Below are positions 25,867 to 41,624 of a stretch of 64,000 nt of DNA, one piece after another. The position numbers were made by a program, and so were the translations under genes. The stretch lies in NCBI RefSeq assembly GCF_009914755.1, contig NC_060927.1; one strand, 5' to 3'. Source of the stretch: the human T2T-CHM13v2.0 reference genome, Homo sapiens. The notes under the pieces are model-generated. The model did not search any database. It saw nothing but the letters and a program-made list of their open reading frames with translations, and was not told where the DNA came from. Position 1 is the first letter of the stretch; every line of letters starts with the position of its first letter.

Positions 25867-27389
25867 CTAATACTGTACTTAAATAGTGGAAGATTGAAAA
25901 CATTTTCTCTAGGATTAGAAACAGGCAAGGCTATCCACTCTCATAATCCCTTTTTGCCATAGTGATAGAAGTTTTAGCCAATGCAATAAGGCAAAGAAAA
26001 AAGGAAAGCATGCATACAGATCATAAAGAAAAAAAACTGTCCTTATTTGAAGACGGCATAACTGTATATATAGAAAAACTCAAGGAATCTGCAAAAAGAC
26101 TCCTAGAACTAATAAACTAGTTCAACAATATCTCAGGATACAAAATTAACATATACAAATTTATTTTATTTCTATATATAAGCAATAAACATCTGGGCAC
26201 CAAAACTAATAATATAATACCATTTATAATCACTCAAAAATGAAATAGTTATAAAGCTAACAGATATATACAAATTTTTATGCAAAACACTATAAGAGAA
26301 ACTACAAGTACTACAAGTACTACAAGAAGTCAAACATCTAAATAAATGGAGATAAATACCACATTTGTGATTTTCTAGACTCAAAATGTGAAAAGTTGTC
26401 AATTCTACCCAAATTACTCTATAGGTGTAATGCAACTCCAACAACCATCATGGCAAGGTGTTTCGTAGACATAGATAAGCTTATTTAAATGTTTATATGG
26501 AAAGATACAGGACCTAGAGTAGCTAAAATGATATCACTCTACCTGGTATTATTACTTAGTGTATAATAACAGCAGTCAAGACAGCGTGATCTTGAAGGAT
26601 AAGAGATACATAGAACAATGAGACAGAATAGAAAATCAAGAAATGGACTCACACAAATTTTTCCAATTAATTTTTGACAATGATGTAGGAGCAAGTCAGT
26701 GGTGGAAAGATAGTCTTTTCAACTAATGGTGCTAGAGTAATTGTATCTCAATAACCAACAAAATGAACCTTGACCTAAGTCTAACCCCTTACACAAAAAT
26801 TAACCTAAAAAGATCATGGACTTAAGTATATAACTTAAAACTTTTAGAAAAAAATACAGGAGAAAATATTCAGAATCTAAGGCCAAAGAGTTCCTAAATT
26901 TTATGGGTCATCTAGTATGACCTATAAAAGGAAAAACTGATACTCTGGACTTAGTCAAAACTAAAATCTTCTGCTCTGTGAAAGACCTTGATACAGAATG
27001 AAAATGTGTAGTGTGGGGGGAAATATTTGTGAACCACATATCCAACAAAGAACTAATAGGATATATGGTGAACTCTTGAAACAGTAAAAAAAGCAAACAA
27101 AGTAATCAGAAAATAGATAAAAGACATGAAGAGACATCTCACCAAAGAAAATATAATGATAAAAAATAAGTCCGTGGAAAGATGTTGAAGATCATTAGAC
27201 ACTAAAGAAATGCAACTTAAAATCATTACACACATCATATTTGCTAAAATAAAACACAGTGAGAACACAAAATGCTGGTGAGAATACAGAGAACCTGGAT
27301 CACTTACACATTCCTGATGGAAATGTACAACCATTGCAAAAACCAGTTTGGCAGATTTTTAAAACCACCACATGGCCTAGCAATTATAA

Positions 27390-27945
27390 ATCATGTATTA
27401 CTTTAAAGATTATCAAATTTCATATTTCATTTTTTTCTGTTCTTTTGGTCTGTTTCCATCTTTAAAACAACTATAAATTTGTTAGGTCTCTTAGTCTCTC
27501 TTTTCATAGTAACCATTTTTTCTATTCTTTGTAATCTACCTATTTTCCATTTCATTTTGCTCATTATTCTCAAACCTATCCTCCATGTCTCTCATCATGC
27601 TTTCAGTAGAATCTATTTACTCTTTTCTGCTTTCATTAGGGCTTTCATTTTTCTTATTATTATTTCTGCAATATTTTTCATGTACTTTACTAGCTCATAT
27701 ATCATTTGCTTTTGGTGTTTCCCTGTATCTTTTCAAAATTCTTGTGTTTCCAATTTAAATGTTTGTTAAAAACTTACATTTTTTATTAAGTTTTTCTTTT
27801 TCATTCATGGTGATATTTTTATCATATTATTTATCTTTTTTATGTCAACATACTTTTTTGCTTAGTTCTTTGTTTACTATTTATCATTCCTATTCTAGTT
27901 CCTATTTTATTATTCTTATCATTCTAACTTTTATACTCCCTTTTC
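27390..27945 (-). mobile_element. Ancient HAL1/L1 ORF1-like fragment (target of the retrocopy; appears to resume after 28975)
   Basis: T-rich antisense coiled-coil-type ORF1 pattern (tgttaggtctctt, ttcagtagaatctatttactcttttctgct). Confidence 0.5.
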
Positions 27946-28963
27946 TTTTTTTTTTTTTTTTTTTTTTTTTTTGAGCTTAGAAAATTTATTCCTTTTGTTT
28001 TTTTCCTTTGAAATAACACACACAGGCAGGGAGGTGGGGCGCAGTGGAGGTCGAAGGAGGTGGAAGCGTGCGGAAGTCCTCCAGCCCCTCCCCAAATCCC
28101 AGTTCCCCTTTCCAAGTCCCTCCATGGGGTCTCCAGATGATCCTAAGCTCAGAATCCAACTATGAAGTGCAGAATGTAAGGGCGTAGGGGAGGAGGACTT
28201 TGCTCCTCTCTCTGGTAGAAAAATAGATCTGGAATGAATTTGGGGATTTGGCGGGGTTTTTTTGTTTTTGTTTTTTGCATCATTGGGTGCTTGGGTTTAG
28301 GGAAGGGTGGTCTTTGCCGATTTTCTCCTGGCTTTCAACTCTGGAAGCCTGGGGAGGCCCTGATAGTGCTGGGGTGGGGACATCCCTTCATGTGTCCCTG
28401 GCCTCAGACTGTCTCCTTGCCAGCCTCCAGGAGTGAGTGATTCCTCGGACCCCTTGGAGGAACACAGCTCTGGGGACTATTCGCCTAGAAGGTGGGAGGG
28501 GGATGGAAGATGCTGTGAAGTGTGGGGATGCAGGGAGTGGAGTGGTTCCAGGGAACAGTTTCCCCACAGGGCTGGGAGGGGGTGGCCCTGCAGAGGTGGG
28601 GTGAGGGGGAATCCAGCATCCGTGCAGGTTGCAGCCAGGACCTGGGCTTCCTTCCCCACAGACTCCCTCGACCATGCAATTTCATGTCATGAGAAGCCGG
28701 CTCTGGGCACCAGTGTGTGTGGGATACTGTGTGACTGGGCTGCCAGGATCTAGACTTGGGGCCTGAACATTTGGGACCCGGCGCCTGGAAGATTCAGATC
28801 AGAAACCAGGGATTAAGGGCTTGGGATTCAGTGCCTTGGAATATCAGGGTCTGCATTCAAGAGATGAGGTTTCAACATTGAGGGACTGGGCAGAGGGATT
28901 GGGGACCCAGAATCTGGAATCCAGCAGCTGCAGTTGCCAGGATCCAGTGGCACAGCAAGTGGA
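27946..28963 (-). pseudogene. CAVIN1: 5'-truncated processed retrocopy of an mRNA 3'UTR; parent tentatively CAVIN1 (PTRF), from memory and unverified
   Basis: T27 tract 27946-27972 is a poly(A) tail on minus. AATAAA (tttatt 27985-90) lies 12 nt upstream of the tail. 11-bp TSD TCCCTTTTCTT/TCCTTTTTCTT (27937-47, 28964-74). Abrupt GC-rich island in AT-rich flanks, not resembling any repeat I know. The retrocopy call is strong; the parent assignment rests on recalled similarity of ...cctccactgcgccccacctccctgcctgtgtgtgttatttcaaagg...aataaattttctaagctc. Confidence 0.75.
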
Positions 28964-30089
28964 TCCTTTTTCTTATAATACTTTTAATATATTTTATGCA
29001 GAGCCATTTTATGCTATTAATCATTTCCAAATTAGTTAAGATCTTTTTGACCAAATATTTAAAAGAAAGTTTATTTTGGTTATGGACAAGGAAAGTTTTC
29101 TAGGCTAGTCAAATCCCTGTGTCATAAAATTGTATCTGTAAATAAATCATTGTAGCTCTTACTTATCTCTGCGTATGTCCAGAGAAGCTGTTGTGGAACA
29201 TTCCAAATTCAGAGTCCCTTTTCTCTAACTTCAGTCAAATACTGCCACCAGTGAAGATGGCATGGGTCTAGGTTTTATTATTCACCCCCATCTTCCCTAT
29301 TTGTCACGATACCAAAGGAGGATCAGAAAAGCTCCTGCTACCAAGTCATGCACAAGGTTCCAATACTTCAAATCATGGCATTATTAGTTAAATATTTCAG
29401 GATGTGTTGTCCACTTTAGGGAAATGTGATCTCTTAGTTGCATATAAGATCTGCAGCCACATGTGTACTTCCCTCTTATGTTCCCGTATTCCTGCCTAAT
29501 CTGCAAAGTATTTGTCAGCTTCTCATGAAATGTTGAGGTTTGAATATTGTAGATATTCACTAGTTTCACTGAAAAGAGACAGTTTGTATTTCTCCTTCTG
29601 TTTCTCCTGAATGATGGAGTGATTTCAATGCTTAAAAATGTGACAATATTATTTCAAAACTTGAAGTCTTTTTTGTTTGTCTTTATAAAGTTCTTGTAGT
29701 GATTTAAACAAAGATATTATAGATAAATCATTGGATCCCAATTTCTTAAACATACCATTGATCTGTATTATATTTAAATCATTGGCAACTGACATTTTAT
29801 CTCTTCTCTGTATTACAATTTACCTGCTCATCAATTTTTCAACTTTTTAAACTTTGTATTTCAACATTAAAAATTTATATTAAATAGAAATTATTGGATG
29901 AATATAATATTTATTACACAAATATAAATATATTAAATATAAACATATTAAGTATAAGTGTAAATATATTAAATATAAATTTAGAATATAATATACTTCC
30001 TAGGCTAACAAATTAATAATATGGTGTTTTTATTTGGGGGTCGGCTTTTTTGTTGTGCATATTTGTTTCTTTAACTCTAATCTTCGTAG

Positions 30090-30109
30090 AAAGAGGAGAA
30101 ACACTTCTG
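30090..30109 (+). other. Candidate 20-nt microexon
   Basis: tttgtttctttaactctaatcttcgtag|AAAGAGGAGAAACACTTCTG|gtaagt: consensus acceptor and donor in unique sequence. No transcript evidence. Confidence 0.25.
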
Positions 30110-30299
30110 GTAAGTGAGAAAGTCATTGCAGGAAAATTTTATGTACAACATTTGAATGACCTCTTCTTGAAAACTTTGTGAAATAAATTTTTAAAAGCCA
30201 GCCCTATGTCCTTTCACCTAAATTAATGTAATCAAATTCAAAAGTATTCTAAGCCTTCTCATAGACACTATATTTTACCCTAATAATAAATGTGGGGAA

Positions 30300-32700
<2,401 letters not shown>

Positions 32701-33394
32701 ATAACTTTTTATTTGTTATATAGGCGTAGAGATATAATAGAGTGAAGAGAACAGAAAAAGAAGTTTTACTTCTTTGAATATATCTTCTTAAGTTTTGAGT
32801 TTGGAACTATAACATTTTACCCAAACAATATTAGCAGTATTAAAATTATAAATCAATCCATTCAAGTAAAAAGAAAATAAAATAAATGAACCTAAATTTG
32901 TATTCAGTTGGATGAACTATTCCAGGACAGTTTAAAGCACACCAATTCAGCTATACGTGTCTAGTAAAATATATCCTAAAGGGGAGAAAAAGTGCAAATC
33001 ACATTTTAAACTGTTTTCATTCATCATTATTTGTGGTAGTGTTGGCATTGAGATCATTGCTTCTGTGTATTAGAGGATAAAGCAAGTGAGTAACTGTGGG
33101 ACATTCTATTATTTCCAGCATGATCAAGAACTGTAATTCTTGCCATGGGATAAAGGAAATATAGATCTATATTTAATCCAGTTAGCCAGGTAAAACCCCT
33201 GTTATCCTTACTTTGAAACTTGGAATTATTGGAATACGCATGATGCATTTTACCTTTAAAATATGTCCTACCTCTGTTCACTGATTCAAAAACAATGCCC
33301 AAACCAGTAGCAATATGCATTTCTGTTAGATTGTAGTGTCTGTCCATATTACAGTAAAAGGAACCAGAACTTCTTAGATAACTGGCTCCTTCAT

Positions 33395-33546
33395 TTATTT
33401 ATTAATTTTATTCTTCATAAGTTTTTTATAGAGATGGGGTTTCACTATGTGATCCAGGCTGATCTGGAACTCATGACCTCAAGTGATCTTTCCACCTCAG
33501 TCTCCCAAAGTATTGTGATTACAGGGGTGAGCCACCATGCCTGGCC
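33395..33546 (-). mobile_element. FLAM/Alu left monomer
   Basis: agagatggggtttcactatg...ctcccaaagtattgtgattacaggggtgagccaccatgcctggcc. Confidence 0.9.
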
Positions 33547-34537
33547 TACCTGATTCATTTCTATACGTATCTGGGACATTTTGGCAAACCAGAGAAAACT
33601 ATCAAAGACTATTAAGTTGGAGTCAGATTAACTCAGGAGTCAATTTGTAAAGTCTCCCACTATCAAACATGGGGAAATTTCAACATCAAGTAGAATTTTA
33701 AAATTGCAATGAATTGAAACATACAAATATGTTTCAACTATTGCTTTAAATAATATCAAATTTTTTTGAAGACATCATTGGTCAATATACTAACAATTCA
33801 AATCATTATTTGAATTGGAAATTATGGAAATGAACTAAGAAAAAAAGGAAAGAATCAGGCATTCATGCTATAACTTTCTCATACACTTAACCAAATCAAG
33901 ATAAGGGCAGCTTCTTTTTATAGAAATACTCTGGCTAATAAAACGAAGAAGGAAGAGTAAAATACCTAAAAAAATCAATAATTGATCTAGATGGTAATAT
34001 CAAGGACTGGCTTAACAACCAGACACTATGTGCCTCCTAATGGAAAAAGACAACATCAGTTACAAAACTGTCATGCTGATAACATGACACTCAATCCGAT
34101 CAAGCTCCTAGGTCAAACTACCAATTTACAGAAAATAAAAAATAAATTCCACCAACAGGATGCAACCAGCAAAACCTAGAGTGTAGAAAATTCTCCAGAA
34201 AAAAAAAGATCTGGTTTCTTCAACATATAAATTGGAAAACAAATAAATAATATTTTATATATATGAGAGAGAGTAATGGAGAAAGGGGAGCAGTAGAAAG
34301 AAGCAAGCCTAAAGATTTAGACATTTAAAAGCCATTAAATCAGTCATAACATCTGAATCTTATTTGGAATCTGAAGAAATATATATATTATTAAAACAAA
34401 TTAGAACAGTTTTTCAAAAATTAGAAATTTGAACACTGATAGATATTTCATGACATTAAGGAATTATTGGGTTTTTAAAAATTATAGTTTTATGTTTACT
34501 TTTCAAAAGATACCTTAAGTTTTGACATACTGATTTA

Positions 34538-34874
34538 CAATCATGCACCCAATAACTACATTTAGGTCACTGACAGGCTGCCTATATGATAGTGGCCCTA
34601 CATGGTTATAATACAGTATTTGTCTATGTTTATATATGTGTAGCTACACAAATACTTACCATTGAGTTACAGTTATCTCTAGAATTTAGTACAGTAACAT
34701 GGCTGTGCAGGTTTGGAACTTAAGAGCAATAGGCTGTACCACATAGCCTAGGTGTGTAGTAGACTATGCCATCTAGGTTTGTGTCAGTGCACTCTATGAT
34801 GTTCACACAATGATGAAATCACCTAATTACACATTTCTCAGAACATAACCCTGTCGTTGAGCAATGCATGATTG
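34538..34874 (+). mobile_element. Tigger3a (MER7A) MITE
   Basis: Perfect 10-bp TIR caatcatgca/tgcatgattg with TA duplications (34536-37, 34875-76). Internal agcaataggctgtaccacatagcctaggtgtgtagtag. Confidence 0.9.
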
Positions 34875-35284
34875 TATTTACAAATTAAGTAACAGGATGC
34901 CTGAGATTAGCTTCAAAATTCAATTCAATATTGAGGGAGTGAGTCAGTGAGAATAAAACTAGATTAGCTATAATTGACAATTGTTCAGTTTGGGTAATGA
35001 TTCATGGAGGTTCATCATACTATTCTACCTACTTTTGTATATGTTTTAAATTTTCCATAATAAAAAGTTTTGGGAAAAATGAGAAAGAGAAGAGAAAAAG
35101 TAAGGACAAAAATTACACTTTAGGATCACTAATTAAAAATAAATTTGCTTGAATTGGATATATCATAATGAAGCAAAAACATATATTTTGCTGCATATAG
35201 TTATCAAATAAAGTACTATGTTATCTGGCCTTCAATATGAGGAATAATTATTTTACATAAGGTTTATCACATAAGAAAGTATCA

Positions 35285-35600
35285 CATCCCCTTGGCTACA
35301 GAAATTGGTTGGGAATAAGCACAAGATCCAAACAGACAAAAAATCAGACAGAATTCTTGCAACTGGAAGGCTACTTCCTTTCCTTGCTACCCATGAACTA
35401 TACATGGAAGTTGGTGTATATATCCTAGAGCTGCTGAGGATCACCAGGTAGAAACAACCTGAATGAGAGTTAGGGCAACCCAGGAGAGAGCAGATCTATG
35501 ATAGTAAGAGAACCAGGTCCTGATGCTGTCATGTAACCCTATCCCCAGAATTATCAAGCTATAATTAAACCAGGGTACCTTTAATTTTTTACAAAATAAT
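35285..35600 (+). mobile_element. Old MLT1 LTR fragment
   Basis: tccccttggctacagaaattggtt, gagaaccaggtcctgatg motifs. Confidence 0.5.
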
Positions 35601-35779
35601 ATTTTTATTATGTTTTAGATGTTAAAAAATTATCTTTATTATTAAATCCCAATAGAGTTTGATGAACTCTGTTTTAGCATTGCTGGAGAAATCATAAAGA
35701 AATTGAACTGGAAGATGGTGCATTTACATAGATTCCCAACTGCATATTCATTTTACACACAGAATTTAGATAAATCATA

Positions 35780-36670
35780 GTTATGGACCTGAGAGAAGGA
35801 TTTTGTATCCAGCTCTCTTGTTCTGCCCTAGTCAGCATTTTACCACAAACCTAGATTAAGATACAAATGACATACTTATCAACTTTCACATCCACAAATC
35901 TGGGAGTCAGCAAAAATTATATAACTTTAAACATGAAGATTTAGAGATATTACACTATCTAGAAAATGAGCTGCAATTGATGAGATTTTGTTTTATATGT
36001 AGAAATGAATAGCTTTACACAAAAACTAAGAGTCAATTGCATAAAAGCAGACAAAGAAAAAGAGTCCAACAGCAAATCATGGATAAAAGCCTGGGATTTC
36101 AACTGGATGCAAACTCAACTTTTTCCTCTATCACCAAGAGGAAAAAAAAAGACAAGTAAAAGCAATTTTAACAGCAGTAGAATCTACAGATCAGCTAAAG
36201 TAGTAATTCAACTATGTTTTCCCCTTGCCAGAGAAAATACAGGTCTTGTGTTCAGTTGTTATTTAAGAAATAAATTTTTAAAAGTGGAAGACTCTATAAG
36301 AGTGAAAAGACAATTATCAAAAAAGCATGTAAAGGTTAATGATCTGAGACTGTTTAGCCTCAGGAAAATCAGTCTACGGCAACTCTCTTATTTAGTGGAA
36401 GAAATGAAGACATAAAAGAGGCATTAAATTTATTCTATGTAGATCCAAAACTGGGACTCAAGGATGGAAATTAGAGAGATATAGGTTTGAGCTTAAGAAG
36501 AAAAATGGTTTTCTAATGATCAGAGCTGTCTGAAACAGAAGCTTTATGGAAACACTGTACTCACTGATCACTACAAATATTCATGATAATCACCACTTTG
36601 GTGTTTAGACGCCGCCCCATTAAAAGGGGGTGGGAAGTTGAGCTAACTGACCTTTAAGGCTGTTTACAAA
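35780..36670 (+). mobile_element. L3/CR1 LINE 3' region
   Basis: ctgtttagcctcaggaaaa, ggatggaaattagagagatataggtttgagctt, tttctaatgatcagagctgtc, gacctttaagg typical of CR1/L3. Confidence 0.7.
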
Positions 36671-37339
36671 TTGATTTATTAATGATACTAATAATCAAAT
36701 ATATCATATTTATTATCATGTATTTTATAAACCTTCTCTATAGCAGCATATATTTGGTATTGTCTATTTCTTAAAAATTATTGAACCACCTGAAGAACAA
36801 CAACAACAAAAACTCTCGGTCTCTTGTATTTGCCTCTGGTTGACTCACATTTTCCCCCATTCTATCTTTCAATCTAACCAACTCAGCTAATCCACCTAGC
36901 ATGCTACTATCATACACTTAATAACATTTAATGTGCTGGCCAAAGTCTCCATTAAACTTTTACATTTTGTGAATCAGCAGCTCTCTAATTGATTTAAGTT
37001 GCTTCTTCCTTTCTCTACTGATTGCCAAGCAAATCATAAGAGATATCTAAATATATTCTGTTGAGCATAAATAATCTAAAACCATGTAACCTTTTAACAG
37101 CAAAAACCAAGTTAAGCTTACTTGGATTCAGGGAATCTTATACTCTTGGAACTTTCATTTATAACTGATTGTATAAAATGGAATAAAAATAACATGTTTC
37201 TCTGACCCATTTAATCTAAATATCTACTTATAAATTACACCACACCATATTTCGCCAAATTTAGATGTTTAAGATATAACCCCAAATAGCCCTAGTTTCC
37301 ATCATTCTAAATGAATATTTCATAAATCAATAAATATAA

Positions 37340-38090
37340 TTATTTATTAAATTTTTATTAAGTGGCTACATGTCACAGCTTGTGCTAAGCCCTGGAAATA
37401 AGAGATAAGCACAAACAATAATGACGTCTGTCCGCATGGAGCTTATGATCCCATTGAGCAGATAGATATCATATATTATAGCATAATCAAACCTAAAAGT
37501 TAATTTATGATAGCTGCTACAAACGAGAGCTATAGGGTGCTCTAAGAGTATATTAATAATGAGATTTGACCTGGTCAAGGTCTGGGACTGTTTTCCAGAA
37601 GTGACACTAGAGCCTCTCTAAAGAATGAATAAAAGTTCCCCCAAACAAAAAAAAAAGATTTTTTAAAAAATCACTCCATATATAAAACATTGTAAAAGTG
37701 TAAGAGACTACAAGAGGTCTGTGTGGTTAGAACAGAGACGGGCACAGTTTAACAACAACAATAATGAAGATCGAAGTGAGATAAGCCTGAAAAAAATAAT
37801 TAAGAGTAAATCCACACATGCCCTTCAAAGCAGTGGGTAGGAAATATGATTGGGATATGATTTGCATTTGAAAGTGTCATGGATCCTTTGGAAAAAGAGG
37901 AGAGGTACAGTCATGCAAAATGGAAGCCAGTAAATTAGTTTTGAGGCCATTCTGCTAGTCTACTCAAAAGAAGGGAAGCTTAGGTTGGCTTGACCATGGA
38001 ACTGATGAAATTGGTTGTATTTAAGAGATACTTAGATGGTAAAAGTGATAGGATTTGAATAGATTTCAATTATGTCATTTGCCTGACAAC
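37340..38090 (-). mobile_element. L2 3' fragment
   Basis: tttattaagtggctac...tgtgctaagccctgg...catggagcttat, gatatgatttgcatttgaaag. Confidence 0.7.
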
Positions 38091-38154
38091 TATATTTAAG
38101 TAAATCGAGTTGTCTAGTGCCTATTTATCCAGATTATTCTGTGATTTTGTGGTC

Positions 38155-38225
38155 TGTATCAGTCATTGTTCTCCAGAGAAAGAGAACCAATAGGACATAC
38201 ATATAAAGAGATTCATTTTAGAGTT
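38155..38225 (-). mobile_element. MLT2 LTR terminal fragment
   Basis: tgtatcagtcattgttctccagagaaagagaaccaatagga. Confidence 0.6.
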
Positions 38226-41200
38226 CATATGAGCTTTTCATGAATGTCTTAGTTCTAATAAATTAAACTAGAACATTAGTTTATTTTAGCCCTAGGTTTC
38301 CCAGGATTAAGAAAACACACATACAATTTTCATCTCTCCTCACAGCATAGGCCCTCTTCTTCAAGCAATTATACCTTTCTTAGATTTGCTAGAATAATTC
38401 AGATATGAAAGTTAAGGAAAACTGTATTATGTTAACTTTGATTGATGTCTTGATCTGAGATTAGTTTAACATTACCAAGACACAGAGCTACACAACACCA
38501 ATCTGCCCAACTTCTCAGCACATCTGCTAGGAATAGTAAATATGGAGGCTTTACTGAAAACTCCTAAGAAATTTATTGACAGTTTTCCATAGGATGAATC
38601 ATGCCAAATACCTGAAGGAACTCACTTTAACAGTCCTAGAATCAGAGAAATAACAATTTTTCAAAGATATTTTGGTTTATTGACTTCCTCAGTTCTTATC
38701 CTATATGAATTACTTAGACATAAACACCACCACCAACCACCAACATCAGAATAACTTCCATGTGTGAGGGTGCGTGTGTGTGAGCATGAGTATACCTTTG
38801 AGGTCAATCTTTGTCAAAAAGTTTAAGTTATAATGGAATATATTTTTCTGGTTTCTCTTTTTCCAAGTGTTTATTTTCACATTATGGCCTCCAGCACACC
38901 TCTTCTGTTCCCTCATCAATACATAATGCAGGCTACCATAGTGTGAGATTAGCATGTCTTTCCCCCTGATATTTCTGTAGGAAAAGCAGTATATGAATCT
39001 GTAGGATAAATGTAATACATTTTCCTGGAATATCAACTTTACTACAAGATTTGGAGGAAAAATGAATGTTATCAAATAACTGGTGATAATTTTAAAACAC
39101 AATTTTTGTCTCTTCCTGGGACACTTGTTACCCTTATCTACTACTTCTACTCCTTCCCTCTCTCTCTATCTCTCTCTCTGACTTTCATTTTTACTGCTTT
39201 TATTCTTTCTTGCCACCCACTAAGAAATCTCCTCACACTAAACTTCTAGCTCACTGCTTCATTCATCAGCTATATTTATCCTGCTGTTTACATCAGCTAT
39301 TGTGTTCTTGATTTCCACTACCATTTTTCAGACCGACTATTTCTGCTTGATTTCTTGTATGACATTTTCTGCTTCTGAGCCTTCTATAGTTCATTAAGCA
39401 TATTATTTTGCTTATTGAAAATTATTGGTTAATAAGTTCCAATAATTCTGCTTTGTGCTGTATATAATCTGTTGTCTTTCCTTTTTGTAGTTCAACTTCT
39501 AAAATATCTAGTTATTTTGGTAATTGGGATTGTGCTCCCATGAGTAGATCAGCTATTACGTCAGGTAATATGTAAGGGCCTAAGTCCTAGTTTGTGTTTG
39601 TGGTGAGTTGCAAAAGAAGTGAAGGAATGAGCCTTGGGGAAGATTCCATCATAGGCTGCATTTACTGCTCCCATTTGCTGCCACTTTTACTAAATAGGGA
39701 TTCATTTTCTAACTACTGGTAAAAAAAATAATAGCAGTGGATAAGGTAGCCACTCTAATTATCCAGCAGCCCTGAGGATCTGGAGGAGAGTGAGATGCAG
39801 GAATGAATGTCACAGAGTAGCCAGTCAGCCATGCCATTGGTCATCTACTACTTTGCCCCAACAGATTTCTTTATATTGCTTGATATTGTCTTCCAAGACT
39901 AGGTAGCCTGAGTTGTTGCTGAGATGATGGAGTCAGCAATTATTGTCCAACTCAGTATGGCGAAAAAACAAAGCATAATTTCAAAAACACCCCCCATCCA
40001 TCTTCCACTGCTGTGTCTGGCTGACCTCTACTCTAAGCTACTGAAACCTCCATCCCTTTCCCCTATATGTCAGCTCAAGGTTTCTTGTTATTTTTATGTT
40101 AGTTTCCAGATTTGAGCTTCCCTAGAGAAGGAGCTAACAGTTTTTGCTACATCACTTTATTGAGGGACCAAAATTCAAAATAAAATTTACCTCCTGAAGC
40201 AAATACTATTATGGAATAGAACGCAAGGTTCACGTGAACATATCAGATATAATTAAAAGTGAAGACACATTTTCTTTTTGCAACAGACTTTTTCAAAATA
40301 TGCCCCTCAACTCTCAGGTTGTACCTGTTCAATCTACTCTTTCATTATAATTCTTCTCTGAGAAAGTCTCAAAAGTGCTAGCTTCAGTGATTAGTCAAAT
40401 GATGTTTTGTTAAAATCCTATCTATGAGTACAACAAAGAATGAGACTTACTGGTCTGTAACTCCTGTGTCCCCAGGGAACCCTTTTCACTCATGATTGGG
40501 AGTTGCCTTAACAATCACACAGCAGACTGGCCTGTTTATGGAAGCTTGCATATTTATGCCAATGACTCCGCAATTTTACCCCTGAGTACCTTTAAAACTC
40601 GCTCTACACATCATTAACAGCAGAGAGCCTAGGGGACCAGAGAGATGCTGGAGCCACAGCACAGGAGAGGAGGAAGAGAAAGTAGATCCCTTACTCCAAG
40701 CACTAGGACCTGGGCAAACAAAGTCATGAGCCAGATATGCAATAGGTCTCGAGTATATAGACCTATATAGAGCAGAGTAAGAGGGATTCTAAAGTCCAGA
40801 AGGTCAGTGGCTGTGTACACAGGGAGACAGTCTGAAAATGGTTTGAAAGGTAGGGAAGAAATAGGGATACAGCACAAAGCAGAAGGAAATCAAGGCCCTG
40901 GCTGGGATATGGAAACACTGATCAGCTGCCTTCATGTTCCTCTCACCTAGGTGTGCGCCAGTCTGTAGTGAACCTGACCATAGGGAGATGCTTGCAAACA
41001 GCTGCCATGTTGGGCAGTTAGTATAACGTTAGGTGGAACAAAGGCATTTTCTTGACGAAAATTAAAAATGGATGGATGATAGCAGTTGCAGTTTTTTATC
41101 TTCATCTAGTTTTTCAATTACATGTAAAACATACCTAGCATTTACTGGCATTTGATCTAGTATCTCTGATCTGTCTTTGTTAAAAGATAATTTGGGAGTA

Positions 41201-41319
41201 GAGATTCCTTTAAGGTCTCTCTCAGAAAACTCTCAAGCAAATAATTCATTTATCCTTCCTGCTCTCTCCCTTTCACTCTCAAGCACATCCTTCACACCAC
41301 CACTGCCAAGTGTTTTTCT

Positions 41320-41624
<305 letters not shown>

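Larger units (their letters stand above)
32740..35075 (+). mobile_element. L1MC4/5-like long 3'UTR, with nested FLAM and Tigger3a
   Basis: ccagtagcaatatgc, aaggaaccagaacttctt, agaaatttgaacactgatagatatttcatgacattaaggaattattg, ending ttttccataataaaaag. Confidence 0.65.

Noticed and set aside
26300-26327. 9-bp unit actacaagt repeated about three times (similar micro-duplications at ~13921 and ~14368)
   Set aside because: Ordinary slippage duplications. There is no spacer structure, so nothing CRISPR-like.
27971-28753. Cluster of short ORFs and GC richness suggesting a promoter, CpG island or small gene
   Set aside because: Explained by the GC-rich retroposed 3'UTR. The ORFs are on both strands with low-complexity G/P content.
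36005-36415. 136-aa plus-strand ORF
   Set aside because: It falls inside the L3/CR1 remnant and has no recognisable host domain or splice context.
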